DNA from: Chloroflexota bacterium
GTDB taxonomy: Bacteria > Chloroflexota > Limnocylindria > Limnocylindrales > CSP1-4
Direction: 5' to 3'
Assembly: GCA_031431535.1 (NCBI GenBank)
Contig: JANPDO010000057.1
Span: forward strand, 1 to 40,329
DNA: 40,329 nt
The notes under the pieces were generated by a model. That model made no database searches, was not told where the DNA came from, and was given only the letters and a program-made list of their open reading frames with translations. Positions 1 through 8,343 of the stretch are shown piece after piece (within the stretch, counting starts at the first letter, position 1; each line of letters begins with the position of its first letter). Made by a program: the position numbers and the translations under genes.

Positions 1-1111
1 GGCCGCTGCGCTGGCCCCCGTGATCGCGGCCTGCACGAGTACATCCGCGCCGAGCGCCGCGGCGACCCCGGGCGCCTCGGCCGCACCGCAGGCAACGGCC
101 GGCGCGGCGGCGACGCTCACCCCGACCAACGGCCCTTCTCAGCCCGTCCCGGAGGCGGAGCTGTTCATCTACAACTGGACCGACTACCTTGCCGACGAAG
201 TCATCGAATCGTTCGAGGCAAAGTACGGCACCAAGGTCACCCAGAGCTTCTTCTCGAACACGGAGGAGGCCTATGCCAAGCTCGGCGACGACGGTGGCGG
301 CTATGACCTGAGCTTTCCGATCTCGGTCGATATCCCCTCGTTCATCGAGCGCGGCGCGATCGTCAAACTCGATCGGTCTCTCATCCCGAACATGGTCAAC
401 CTGGGCGCCGAGTGGGCGGACCCCGGCTACGACCCCGGCAACGCGTACTCGGTCCCGTACATGTGGTGGACGACGGGCGTCGGCTACGACACGGTCAAGA
501 TCCCGGAAGAACTGACGAGCTCCAAGGCGCTCTGGGATCCGCGCTGGGCGCAGCACATCTCCATGCTCGATGAATTCCAGGAGGTCTTTGGGCTGACCCT
601 CATCCAGCTTGGCTACTCGGCGAATACGCCGCTGCTCAATGAGCTCGACGAGGCGCTCGCCCTGCTCAAGGAGCAGAAGCCGCTGGTCCGCGTGTACTCA
701 ACCGACACGATCGCCACGATGACGTCGGGCGACGTCTGGATCGGCCATATCTGGGGTGCCGACCGGTTTGCGATCCAGGAGACCAACCCGGATGTCGCCT
801 ACTACATCCCGGAAGAGGGTGGGGTCAAGGGCTCGGACACCGTGGCCGTCTTCTCCGGGGCACCCCACCCGATCGCGGCGCAGCTGTTCATCAATCATCT
901 GCTCGACGCGCAGAACAGTGCCGCGAACACGAACCTGATCTATTACATGGGCCCAAACGCGGCAGCGAAGGCATTCATCGACCCGGCCATCCTCGACGAC
1001 CCGACGATCAATCCGGACCAGAAGATCGTGGATGCTCTCGAGGAGTTACTCAACCTGGACGCGGCCCTCCGCGACGAATACTTGAAGCGTTGGCAGGAGC
1101 TGCGCGCCTGA
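1..1111 (+). CDS. ABC transporter substrate-binding lipoprotein, PotD/PotF (polyamine-type) family; 5' end off-window
   Basis: Track ORF 20..1111 (GTG) stays open back to base 2 and reads ...AAALAPVIAAC, the end of a lipoprotein signal peptide (lipobox Cys), followed by an Ala/Pro/Thr linker. The mature part (LFIYNWTDYLADEVIESFEAKYGTKV, YMWWTTGVGYD) resembles polyamine-type solute-binding proteins. Two permease genes follow with overlapping stop/start codons. Confidence 0.8.
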   Translation, partial: AAALAPVIAACTSTSAPSAAATPGASAAPQATAGAAATLTPTNGPSQPVPEAELFIYNWTDYLADEVIESFEAKYGTKVTQSFFSNTEEAYAKLGDDGGGYDLSFPISVDIPSFIERGAIVKLDRSLIPNMVNLGAEWADPGYDPGNAYSVPYMWWTTGVGYDTVKIPEELTSSKALWDPRWAQHISMLDEFQEVFGLTLIQLGYSANTPLLNELDEALALLKEQKPLVRVYSTDTIATMTSGDVWIGHIWGADRFAIQETNPDVAYYIPEEGGVKGSDTVAVFSGAPHPIAAQLFINHLLDAQNSAANTNLIYYMGPNAAAKAFIDPAILDDPTINPDQKIVDALEELLNLDAALRDEYLKRWQELRA

Positions 1112-2019
1112 TGCTCCCAGGGGTCGGGTCTCGGCCCCGGACTGTCGCCGCTCTCCCGCCCCGAGCGAGGCTCCTGGCGAGGGTGCGCGGAACCGCGCTT
1201 GTCCTGCCGGGGGTCACCTGGCTGGCCCTCTTCTTCGTCGTCCCCCTGGGATTCATTTTCATCGTCAGCCTCGGTCAGCGGGACGCGCTCGACCGGGTCG
1301 ATCTGTCGCAGCCCAGCCTCGACAACTACGCGCGGGCCATTGACCCGGTCTTCGCGCGGACGTTCCTCAATTCCATCCGGTACGCCACGATCACCACGGT
1401 CCTGTCGCTGGCGATTGGCTACCCGATCGCGTACTGGATCTCGCGATACGGCGGCAATCGCAAAGCGTTGTTGCTCATTCTGGTGATGCTGCCGTTCTGG
1501 ACGAGCTACCTGATCAGGACGTACTCGTGGATGATCATCCTTCGCGATAACGGCGTCCTGAACTCGCTGCTTCAGGCTGTGGGGCTAACCAGCGAGCCGC
1601 TCATCCTGATGAATACGGATGTGTCGGTGATCCTGGGCATGACGTACGGATTCCTGCCGTTTGCCATCCTGCCGTTGTTCGTGTCCATCGACCGGCTCGA
1701 CGCCAATCTGCTCGCCGCGGGCCGTGACCTGTATGCGTCCGGACGGGCGGTGTTCATCCACGTCACGCTGCCCTTGACGATGTCCGGGATCGTTGCGGCG
1801 GCGCTTTTGACGTTCATCCCGGCGATCGGCGACTTCGTCACCCCGGATCTGCTGGGCGGGCCGCAGACGACGACGATCGCCAAGAACATCCAGGAGCTAT
1901 TCCTTGCGGGGCGGGACTGGCCGTACGGTTCCGCTCTCGGATTCCTCCTCATGATCGTGACGCTGGGTGGGACCCTGGTCGCGCTGCGAACCCTGCGCCG
2001 CGAGATCATCGGGCGATGA
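1111..2019 (+). CDS. ABC transporter permease (PotB-like)
   Basis: Track ORF 1090..2019 begins on TTG. An in-frame ATG at 1111 overlaps the upstream TGA (TGATG). Multi-TM protein with an EAA-type loop (LLAAGRDLYASGRAVFIHVTLPL). Confidence 0.85.
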   Translation: MLPGVGSRPRTVAALPPRARLLARVRGTALVLPGVTWLALFFVVPLGFIFIVSLGQRDALDRVDLSQPSLDNYARAIDPVFARTFLNSIRYATITTVLSLAIGYPIAYWISRYGGNRKALLLILVMLPFWTSYLIRTYSWMIILRDNGVLNSLLQAVGLTSEPLILMNTDVSVILGMTYGFLPFAILPLFVSIDRLDANLLAAGRDLYASGRAVFIHVTLPLTMSGIVAAALLTFIPAIGDFVTPDLLGGPQTTTIAKNIQELFLAGRDWPYGSALGFLLMIVTLGGTLVALRTLRREIIGR

Positions 2020-2840
2020 ACCGCGACCGGAACCCATGGCTGACGGCGTTTGCCGTGGCCGTCTACGGCTTCCTGTTCGCGCCGGTAGTCGTCCTGATCG
2101 TCTTCTCGTTCAACAGCGCGAAGCGTGGACTCGCCTGGCAGGGCTTCACGCTCGAGTGGTACCCAACTCTCTTGTCCAACGATGAATTGCTCGACGCGCT
2201 GGGGGTCACGCTCCAGGTGGCGGTCGTCGCGGTCATGGTCTCGACCGTCCTGGGATCGCTGCTGGGCCTGGGACTCGCCAGGCTCCGATTCCGCGGTCGG
2301 GCGGCTGCGGAGACGCTCATTCTCGTTCCGATGGTGACCCCGGAGATCGTGATGGGGCTCTCGCTCCTCCTGTTCTTCCTCCAGTTGTTCGATGCGCGCG
2401 GGTCCGTGGCCCAGCTGTCGATCGCCCACGCGACGTTCTGCATCTCGTATGTGGCCGTGGTCGTCCGGGCGCGGGCCGCCAACATGAACCCCGCCCTGGA
2501 GGAAGCCGCGCGGGACCTTGGCGCGTCCGCGTGGGGTGCGTTCCGCCACGTCACCCTGCCGCTCATCGCACCGGCCGTGCTGGCGGGCGCCCTGCTGGCG
2601 TTCTCGTTGAGCTTTGACGATTACGTCGTGACGACGTTCAACGCCGGGGTCGGCAGCTCCACGCTGCCGCTGTACATCTACAGCAAGGTGAAGTTCGGGG
2701 TGACGCCGGAGATCAACGCGATCTCGACGATCGTGGTTGCCGTGACAGCCCTCGCGATCCTCGCCGCCTGGCGACTCGGGGCGTTCCGGGGCGAAGCCCG
2801 CACCAGGCTCGTCGACGAGGATGCCTCACCGCCCCTGTGA
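2016..2840 (+). CDS. ABC transporter permease (PotC-like)
   Basis: ATGA overlap with the upstream stop (2016-2019). Hydrophobic six-TM-like profile and EAA loop (LEEAARDLGASAWGAFRHVTLPLIAP). Confidence 0.85.
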   Translation: MNRDRNPWLTAFAVAVYGFLFAPVVVLIVFSFNSAKRGLAWQGFTLEWYPTLLSNDELLDALGVTLQVAVVAVMVSTVLGSLLGLGLARLRFRGRAAAETLILVPMVTPEIVMGLSLLLFFLQLFDARGSVAQLSIAHATFCISYVAVVVRARAANMNPALEEAARDLGASAWGAFRHVTLPLIAPAVLAGALLAFSLSFDDYVVTTFNAGVGSSTLPLYIYSKVKFGVTPEINAISTIVVAVTALAILAAWRLGAFRGEARTRLVDEDASPPL

Positions 2841-2897
2841 CTTCAGCATGAAGGGAGCGCCCGGAGTCCACCGGGGGTCGCGTTTCGTGGCGGTCCC

Positions 2898-4070
2898 CTA
2901 TGACTTGGGAACGTCCTTCCGTGGATCCAGGAACGGGATGGCGGCGCTGCGAGCCAGCCAGCGCCCGCCGTCCGGCGCCTCGATCTCGAGCGGCGTGCCG
3001 GGTCCCGACAGCCCGATCGGCAGCCAGACGTACCCGATGTTCCGCGCCAGGCGTGGCGACCAGATGAGGTCCGTCACGGTGCCCACCGGCTGGCCTCGGT
3101 GAAGCGCGACGCACTTGCGCGACAGTTCGAACGGGAGGGCGTCCCCGTCCACCTCGATGCCGACGAGCTTGCGATCGACGCCGCGGGCGCGGATCGCCTC
3201 GAGGGCCGCCTTGCCGACGTAGTCGGCGGCCTGTGGCTCGACGAGACGCTCCAGGCCCATGATCTCGAACGGATTGTTGTCGATGGTCATGTCCGAGCCG
3301 TAGTTGAAGATGCCGGCCTCGATCCGGCGCGCCTCGCACGGCGCGATCGGCCGGATGCCGTGCGGACGACCCGCGTCCATGATCCGGTCCCACAGCTCGC
3401 CGCCACGGGACGGATCGCGCAGGTAGATCTCATAGCCCACCTCGCCCGTCCAGCCGGTCCGGCTGATCACGACCGGGATGCCGTCGAGCGCGGTGGTCAG
3501 CGTCCAGTAGTACTTGATGTCCCGGACGGCATCACCGAACAAGGACGCCATGACATCCTTCGACTTTGGGCCCTGCACCTGCACCGGATACACCTCCGGC
3601 TCGCGGACCTTGACGTCCATCCCCGAATGGATCGCCACGCCGCGCGCCCACAGCCCGGCGTCCGAGTCGGCAAGGGCCAGCCACCAGCGGTCGGCCTCGA
3701 TCCGAAGCAACACCGGGTCGTTGACGATCCCGCCATCCTCGGCCGTGATCAGCACGTACTTGCCTTGGCCGACCGCGCATTTCGTGAGGTCGCGGCAGGT
3801 CAGCATGTTGGTGAACGCGGACGCATCGGGCCCGCTGATCTCCACGATCCGTTCGACCGACACGTCCCAGATCGTCACGCCCTGAAGGAGCGCCCAGTAC
3901 TCCTCGATCGGGTCGGCGTAGTAGCCCGGCAGGTACATGTGGTTATAGATGTCGTAGGCGCTGCAGCCGGCGGCCAGCGTCTTCTCGAAGAACGGCGAAC
4001 GCCGGTACCACGGGCCGAAGTAGAGGGTCGAAGCCGCGGACGTGGCTGGCATGGCGATCGGGCTGGTCAC
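2898..4070 (-). CDS. GcvT-fold folate-dependent aminomethyl/methyl-transferase family protein (GcvT/DmdA/LigM-like)
   Basis: 390-aa ORF with a GTG start at 4070. The pattern [29 protein letters not shown]...[31 protein letters not shown]...[15 protein letters not shown] matches the glycine-cleavage T-protein fold family. The start overlaps the MttB-family stop (GTGA). Confidence 0.8.
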   Translation of the reverse strand: MTSPIAMPATSAASTLYFGPWYRRSPFFEKTLAAGCSAYDIYNHMYLPGYYADPIEEYWALLQGVTIWDVSVERIVEISGPDASAFTNMLTCRDLTKCAVGQGKYVLITAEDGGIVNDPVLLRIEADRWWLALADSDAGLWARGVAIHSGMDVKVREPEVYPVQVQGPKSKDVMASLFGDAVRDIKYYWTLTTALDGIPVVISRTGWTGEVGYEIYLRDPSRGGELWDRIMDAGRPHGIRPIAPCEARRIEAGIFNYGSDMTIDNNPFEIMGLERLVEPQAADYVGKAALEAIRARGVDRKLVGIEVDGDALPFELSRKCVALHRGQPVGTVTDLIWSPRLARNIGYVWLPIGLSGPGTPLEIEAPDGGRWLARSAAIPFLDPRKDVPKS

Positions 4071-5626
4071 GGTGAGACCTCCTCCTGGTTGATGGGTTGG
4101 CGACTCATCTCGCGCCGTCGGTTGTGGCGGCGCCCGCCGGACGGGTCTGCCGGAGCGGTCGGTTCGGGCGCAATCGGGATCTCCGGCAATCGATCCTGGC
4201 TGACCAGCCCCGCCTGAATGATCCGTCGCAACTCGGCGTCGATCGCCGGGTCTGTCTCCAGCTGGCGGTAGGCCGCCAGTCGCCGATCGACCTCCTCACA
4301 CGCCCGCTGGTAGGTGTCCTTCGAGCCGGCCTTCATCCACGCCTCGCGGTTGTCGCGATCGACGATAGCGCTTGGCAGATACAGCTCGGCTGGCCAGTGG
4401 GCGCTCGTGTGCTCCGCCATGATCAGGTGCTGATCCGCCATCAGCTGGCGAACCAGATCGGTGGTTGGCAGGTCGTCCAGCGGTTGGACCTCGCGGACGA
4501 AGCGCAGGGCCTGGCCGCACATCTCGTCATCGAAGACCAGCTTCGGCAGGCTGAACACCAGCAGGAAATCGAGCATCCCGGGGCCGGATACGGAGTTGAC
4601 CCCGGCCAGGGCCGCGATCAGCGCGCTCCCAAACGTTTCCGCGCCCGCCTGGGCGTCCAGGATCGGCGCATCCGAGAGGGCCATGTACGACTGGGTGGGC
4701 AGGCCCAGCGACTTGCCAACCGCCACATAGGCAGCGTCCAGCTGGAGCGCCTCGATCGCCGACATTGGTGAGCTGGCGATCTTCATGTGGAAGGTGGCCG
4801 GCGCGCCACCGAACAGGACCGGCGCCCCGGGCCGGACAATCTGGGCCATGGTGATCCCGGCCAGCACGTCCACCGTGTGGAAGACCGTGGCCCCGACCGT
4901 AGTTACCGGGGCGATCAGGCCCATCAGGGTGACGGGGACGATCTCGACCGCGATCCCCGCTTCCACGCAATCGATCAGGTTCTGGCAGGAGTCCTCGCTA
5001 TAGCGGAAGTTGCCGGTCGCGGTGATCGTGAAGATCGACATCGGCCGGGCGATCAGGTCGGCCCGGTCGCGTCGAAACAGCTGCATCATGTCGACCATCC
5101 GCGGCACGCCGTGCTCCGTGAACGCGCCCGAGACGACCGGCTTGTTCGAATTCGTCAGGGTCATGTAGAGGCGCCATGCGTCTGACACGCCGGGTTCGAT
5201 GTCGTCGTTGGTCGAGAAGGCCGTGGCCAGGTACGGGATGTTCGTCAGGCCATCGGCCAGCCGAACGTACTCGACGAAGTCGGTTGAGTCAGCCAGGCGA
5301 GTCTCGCCGGTCCGGTGATCGAGCACCTTGAGGCCCGACGAGCCTGGCACGAAATGGACGCGATCGCCGCCGAGATCGGCATGCGGTTCGCCGGCGCGGT
5401 CATACAGCCAGAAGGAACTGGGGGCGTCCGCGATGGCCCGCTCCACGACGTCCCGGGGGAAGAGGACGCGTGCGCCGGTGGCGTCCGGGGGCAGCCCGTG
5501 GTCGAGCAGGCGTTGCCGCATCCCCGCCCCGCGGATCTCCATGCCGACCTCGGCCAGGACCCGCTTGGCCTCGTCGACGATCCGGGCGATGAGCTCGGCG
5601 CTCATGATATTCAGGCTCGGACGCAT
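4067..5626 (-). CDS. MttB-superfamily (trimethylamine methyltransferase-like) protein, non-pyrrolysine type
   Basis: Track ORF 4067..5845 is N-terminally over-extended and Arg/Pro-rich. The internal ATG at 5626 is preceded by AAGGGAG (SD) and gives [31 protein letters not shown]..., typical of MttB-family N-termini, at about 519 aa. There is no in-frame TAG. Confidence 0.8.
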   Translation of the reverse strand: MRPSLNIMSAELIARIVDEAKRVLAEVGMEIRGAGMRQRLLDHGLPPDATGARVLFPRDVVERAIADAPSSFWLYDRAGEPHADLGGDRVHFVPGSSGLKVLDHRTGETRLADSTDFVEYVRLADGLTNIPYLATAFSTNDDIEPGVSDAWRLYMTLTNSNKPVVSGAFTEHGVPRMVDMMQLFRRDRADLIARPMSIFTITATGNFRYSEDSCQNLIDCVEAGIAVEIVPVTLMGLIAPVTTVGATVFHTVDVLAGITMAQIVRPGAPVLFGGAPATFHMKIASSPMSAIEALQLDAAYVAVGKSLGLPTQSYMALSDAPILDAQAGAETFGSALIAALAGVNSVSGPGMLDFLLVFSLPKLVFDDEMCGQALRFVREVQPLDDLPTTDLVRQLMADQHLIMAEHTSAHWPAELYLPSAIVDRDNREAWMKAGSKDTYQRACEEVDRRLAAYRQLETDPAIDAELRRIIQAGLVSQDRLPEIPIAPEPTAPADPSGGRRHNRRREMSRQPINQEEVSP

Positions 5627-5768
5627 CGAGGCTCCCTTCGTGCCCACAGCCGGTGGATGGTCCGGCATCGGGATTCCAATGCCTCCCATGTTGCGCCTGA
5701 CGCGCCCGGCGTGGAGCGCGCCAGGGCGCCCGGATCTTGGCGACCGACGCACCGTCCGCGAACATGTT

Positions 5769-5804
5769 GATGCCCGACAGCGGATGACTCCGCTATCGGG
5801 CATC
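5769..5804. repeat. Long imperfect inverted repeat (stem-loop) between the RNase stop and the MttB-family start
   Basis: Read directly on the minus strand: GATGCCCGA-T-AGCGGA-GTCA-TCCGCT-G-TCGGGCATC, i.e. 9 bp plus 6 bp of perfect pairing around a 4-nt loop. No U-tract follows on either strand. Confidence 0.7.
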
Positions 5805-5917
5805 AGGCCGATCCCCCCGGAATGAGGCCGCATCGAACGGTACATTCGTCGTGGGCAGCGCGCAAGGTCAGTCGGTCATTACCCGGTGTCCGGGCGCACC
5901 ACGACGGCGCCGATCGT

Positions 5918-7534
5918 TCAGTCCAGGGTGACCCGTTCGTGCCAGTGCGGGACATGCGTGGCAAAACCGAGTTCCCGGACCTTTGGCTCGAGGGCGACCT
6001 GGGCCTCAGGGTCCCCATGAACGAGAAAGACCCGTCTCGGGTACCCGGCGTCACCCGGCCGCTTCCCGGCGGCGAAGTGACGCAGCCAGTCCAGCAATTC
6101 GGGCTCATCGGCATGCGCAGAGAAGCCGCTGATGGAACGAACCTGGCAGCGGACCCGGCGGATCTGGCCGTCCAGCCTGACCTCGGCGGCACCAGCCTGG
6201 AGGTGGGCCCCCAGCGTCCCATCACCCTGGTAACCCACGAACAGGATCGTCGCCGACGGGTCATCGATCAGGTTGCGCAGGTGGCTCACCACGCGGCCGC
6301 CGGTCAGCATCCCGTTCGAGGCGATGATCATGTACGGACGAGGCGCCCGCGCAATCGCCTGCGAGGCGCGGAAGTCCGTCGTGACGATCTGGTCCGGATA
6401 GTCGAGCGGCGTGTCGCCCTCGCGCAGGAGCCGCGCGGTTTCCTCATCGTAGTTGTCGGGGTGGCGGCGATAGATGTCGGACGCCTTCGAGGCCATCGGT
6501 GAATCGAGATAGAGCGGCAGGAGCGGGATCTCGCCGCGCTCGATGAGCCGATCGAGTTGCCAGACGACCTCCTGCGTCCGCCCGATCGCGAATGACGGGA
6601 CCAGCAAGACGCCGTCCGCGGCCGCGACCATCCGGATCGTTTCGGCGAGGATCCTGATCGCCTCTGCTTCGGGCTCGTGCTCGCGGCCGCCATAGGTCGA
6701 CTCGACGATCACATAGTCGGCGTCGAACATCGGCGTCGGGTCGCGCAGGATCGGGGTGCCGGGGCGACCCAGATCGCCGGAGCAGACGATGATTCGCTCT
6801 GGACCGCCGACATCGTCCGTGGCGCTCAGTCGGATGATCGCCGAGCCCAGGATGTGCCCCGCGTCGACAAAGGTTGCGCGCACCCCGGCGGCGACGTCGA
6901 TCGCCTCTCCGTATTTGACTGGCCGGAACTGCGCCAGGGTGCGCTCCGCCTCGTTGGCCGTGTAGAGCGGCGCGTCCAGGTCGATGTCAAGGTCCGGGGG
7001 CTGCGCACGGAGATCCGCCTCCGGGTCACGAGGCCAGGATGCCGCGGCCAGCGCCCGGCGGTGGGGTTCGATCGTGGTCTGGACGTGTTCGCCGGTTGCG
7101 TCGGTGCCGCCCGCAGCGGCCAGTTCGATTGCGTCGCGGTAGTCGTCCGCCTCCTTCCGATCGTCCGCCGAGACTTTGTCCGGGTGGCGGCGCTCCCAAC
7201 GGGCTTCGCGCCGAGCGAACTCTTCGTGGAGCCTGCCCGAGTCAAGCAGGACCAGGCCGGCGAGTTCGATCGTCGCGCGGGTCGCGTAGATGGGACCGCC
7301 GAAGCCGCCCTTGACCAGCAGCGGCAGCAGCCCGCAGTGGTCCAGGTGCGCATGGGTGAGCACGACGGCGTCGATCTCGGCCGGGTCGAACGCAAACGGG
7401 ATGCGGTTGCGGATCGACTCGTTGGGGCTGCCCTGGAACATGCCGCAGTCGATCAGGACGCGGGCACGATCGGTTACCAGAAGAAACTGGGAGCCAGTCA
7501 CCGTTGACGCCCCGCCAAGGAAACGGATCTCCAT
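5918..7534 (-). CDS. MBL-fold beta-CASP ribonuclease (RNA-specificity-domain metallo-hydrolase)
   Basis: 538 aa with an ATG at 7534. Starts MEIRFLGGASTVTGSQFLL...LIDCGMFQG, carries the HAHLDHCG metal motif, and has a C-terminal SGFSAHAD motif typical of beta-CASP RNases. Confidence 0.85.
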   Translation of the reverse strand: MEIRFLGGASTVTGSQFLLVTDRARVLIDCGMFQGSPNESIRNRIPFAFDPAEIDAVVLTHAHLDHCGLLPLLVKGGFGGPIYATRATIELAGLVLLDSGRLHEEFARREARWERRHPDKVSADDRKEADDYRDAIELAAAGGTDATGEHVQTTIEPHRRALAAASWPRDPEADLRAQPPDLDIDLDAPLYTANEAERTLAQFRPVKYGEAIDVAAGVRATFVDAGHILGSAIIRLSATDDVGGPERIIVCSGDLGRPGTPILRDPTPMFDADYVIVESTYGGREHEPEAEAIRILAETIRMVAAADGVLLVPSFAIGRTQEVVWQLDRLIERGEIPLLPLYLDSPMASKASDIYRRHPDNYDEETARLLREGDTPLDYPDQIVTTDFRASQAIARAPRPYMIIASNGMLTGGRVVSHLRNLIDDPSATILFVGYQGDGTLGAHLQAGAAEVRLDGQIRRVRCQVRSISGFSAHADEPELLDWLRHFAAGKRPGDAGYPRRVFLVHGDPEAQVALEPKVRELGFATHVPHWHERVTLD

Positions 7535-7550
7535 CCAGCCATGGTGACAG

Positions 7551-7628
7551 GCGGCGGCGCTGCGCGAGCGGCGGCGCTGCGCGAGCGGCGGCGCTGCGCG
7601 AGCGGCGGGGCTGCGCGAGCGGCGCGGC
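7551..7628. repeat. 17-bp tandem repeat, about 4.5 copies (GCGGCGGCGCTGCGCGA)
   Basis: Units at 7551-7567, 7568-7584 and 7585-7601 are identical. The unit at 7602-7618 has one substitution, and 7619-7628 is a partial unit. The array lies in the 109-bp divergent spacer between the RNase start (7534) and the membrane-protein start (7644). Confidence 0.9.
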
Positions 7629-7643
7629 TATCATGCCGATCCC

Positions 7644-8297
7644 ATGCGCGAACGATTCGACTTGCGAGTGGCCCTGCCCAGACTGCCGGCACTGATCGTT
7701 GGCCTGGTCCTGTTCGGGGTGGGCATTGGGCTCATGGTGCAGAGCGGCCTTGGCCTGGGTCCCTGGGAGGCCCTTCACCAGGGCATCGCCGGACGGACTG
7801 GCATCCCAATCGGGACAGTGAGCGTGCTGCTGGGAATTCCGATCCTCGCACTGTGGTGGCCGCTTGGCGAGCGACCCGGCCTCGGGACGATCCTCAATGT
7901 CATGATCATCGGGACTTCGACGAACCTGGCGATCGCCCTCTTGCCGGCTGCGCAGGTCGTCACGGGGCAGGCGGCCATGATGGTGGGCGGGGTCGGCGTG
8001 ATCGGGTTCGGCAGCGGGCTGTACCTGTCGGCGGACCTTGGACCGGGGCCCCGGGACGGGCTGATGACGGGCGTTCATCACCGGTTCGGCTGGTCCATCC
8101 GGCGCGCACGTACGGCGATCGAGCTGACCGTCCTGGCCATCGGGTGGGTCCTTGGCGGGACGATCGGTCTCGGAACGATCGTGTTTGCGCTGGGGATCGG
8201 GCCGACGGTCCAGTTCTGGCTGCGGATCGTCGACCGGGAGGGCAGGGCCGGGCGCCGGCGTGCCCCGCTCGTCGCCGAGGGCGCGATCGGGGAATGA
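7644..8297 (+). CDS. Integral membrane protein, YczE-like
   Basis: 217 aa with an ATG at 7644 and multiple hydrophobic helices. The N-terminal pattern LIVGLVLFGVGIGLMVQSGLGLGPWEALHQGI resembles YczE/YitT-type membrane proteins. The family call is tentative. Confidence 0.6.
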   Translation: MRERFDLRVALPRLPALIVGLVLFGVGIGLMVQSGLGLGPWEALHQGIAGRTGIPIGTVSVLLGIPILALWWPLGERPGLGTILNVMIIGTSTNLAIALLPAAQVVTGQAAMMVGGVGVIGFGSGLYLSADLGPGPRDGLMTGVHHRFGWSIRRARTAIELTVLAIGWVLGGTIGLGTIVFALGIGPTVQFWLRIVDREGRAGRRRAPLVAEGAIGE

Positions 8298-8343
8298 CCG
8301 CTGGCAGGGGTCCGCGAGCGGATGACCGCCGGCCAACGAGCGG

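Noticed and set aside
1572-2549. 325-aa minus-strand ORF overlapping the two ABC permease genes
   Set aside because: It is antisense to two well-supported membrane-protein genes. The product is Arg/Pro/Gly/Glu-rich with no recognisable motif, which is the typical shadow ORF of GC-rich DNA.
3099-4217. 372-aa plus-strand ORF
   Set aside because: It lies entirely antisense to the GcvT-fold gene and the 3' end of the MttB-family gene. Low-complexity Arg/Asp/Gly/Pro composition with no start-site support.
4067-5626. Pyrrolysine (in-frame UAG) in the MttB-family gene
   Set aside because: The reading frame is uninterrupted from 5626 to the TGA at 4067. There is no in-frame amber codon, so it is a non-Pyl family member.
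4067-5845. Long N-terminal extensions in the ORF track. Examples: MttB-family to 5845, vapB to 13003, pyrD to 13800, cNMP protein from 19066, pyrC to 22707, RlpA-like to 25046, anti-sigma to 27346, sigma to 27918, IclR to 31086.
   Set aside because: In each case the extension overlaps the neighbouring gene or is Arg/Pro-rich. An internal ATG or GTG with an SD, or a 4-nt stop/start overlap, gives the expected family N-terminus. Features were trimmed accordingly. The track also reports GTG and TTG starts as M.
5627-5917. Cobalamin or glycine riboswitch upstream of the MttB-family gene
   Set aside because: I could not find a B12-box-like element or the glycine-riboswitch conserved cores on the coding strand. 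Only the hairpin at 5769-5804 stands out. A covariance-model scan would be decisive.
7551-7628. Whether any of the three tandem arrays (7551-7628, 20831-20886, 24041-24100) is a CRISPR array
   Set aside because: The units are directly adjacent with no spacers, are only 10-20 bp long with 3-5 copies, and no cas genes are present. They are simple tandem repeats.
7242-8336. 364-aa minus-strand ORF and 287-aa plus-strand ORF (7541..8404) across the YczE-like gene
   Set aside because: Both are Arg/Pro/Asp/Gly-rich and run through the 17-bp tandem array. The in-frame alternative (7644..8297) gives a coherent multi-TM protein with an ATG start.
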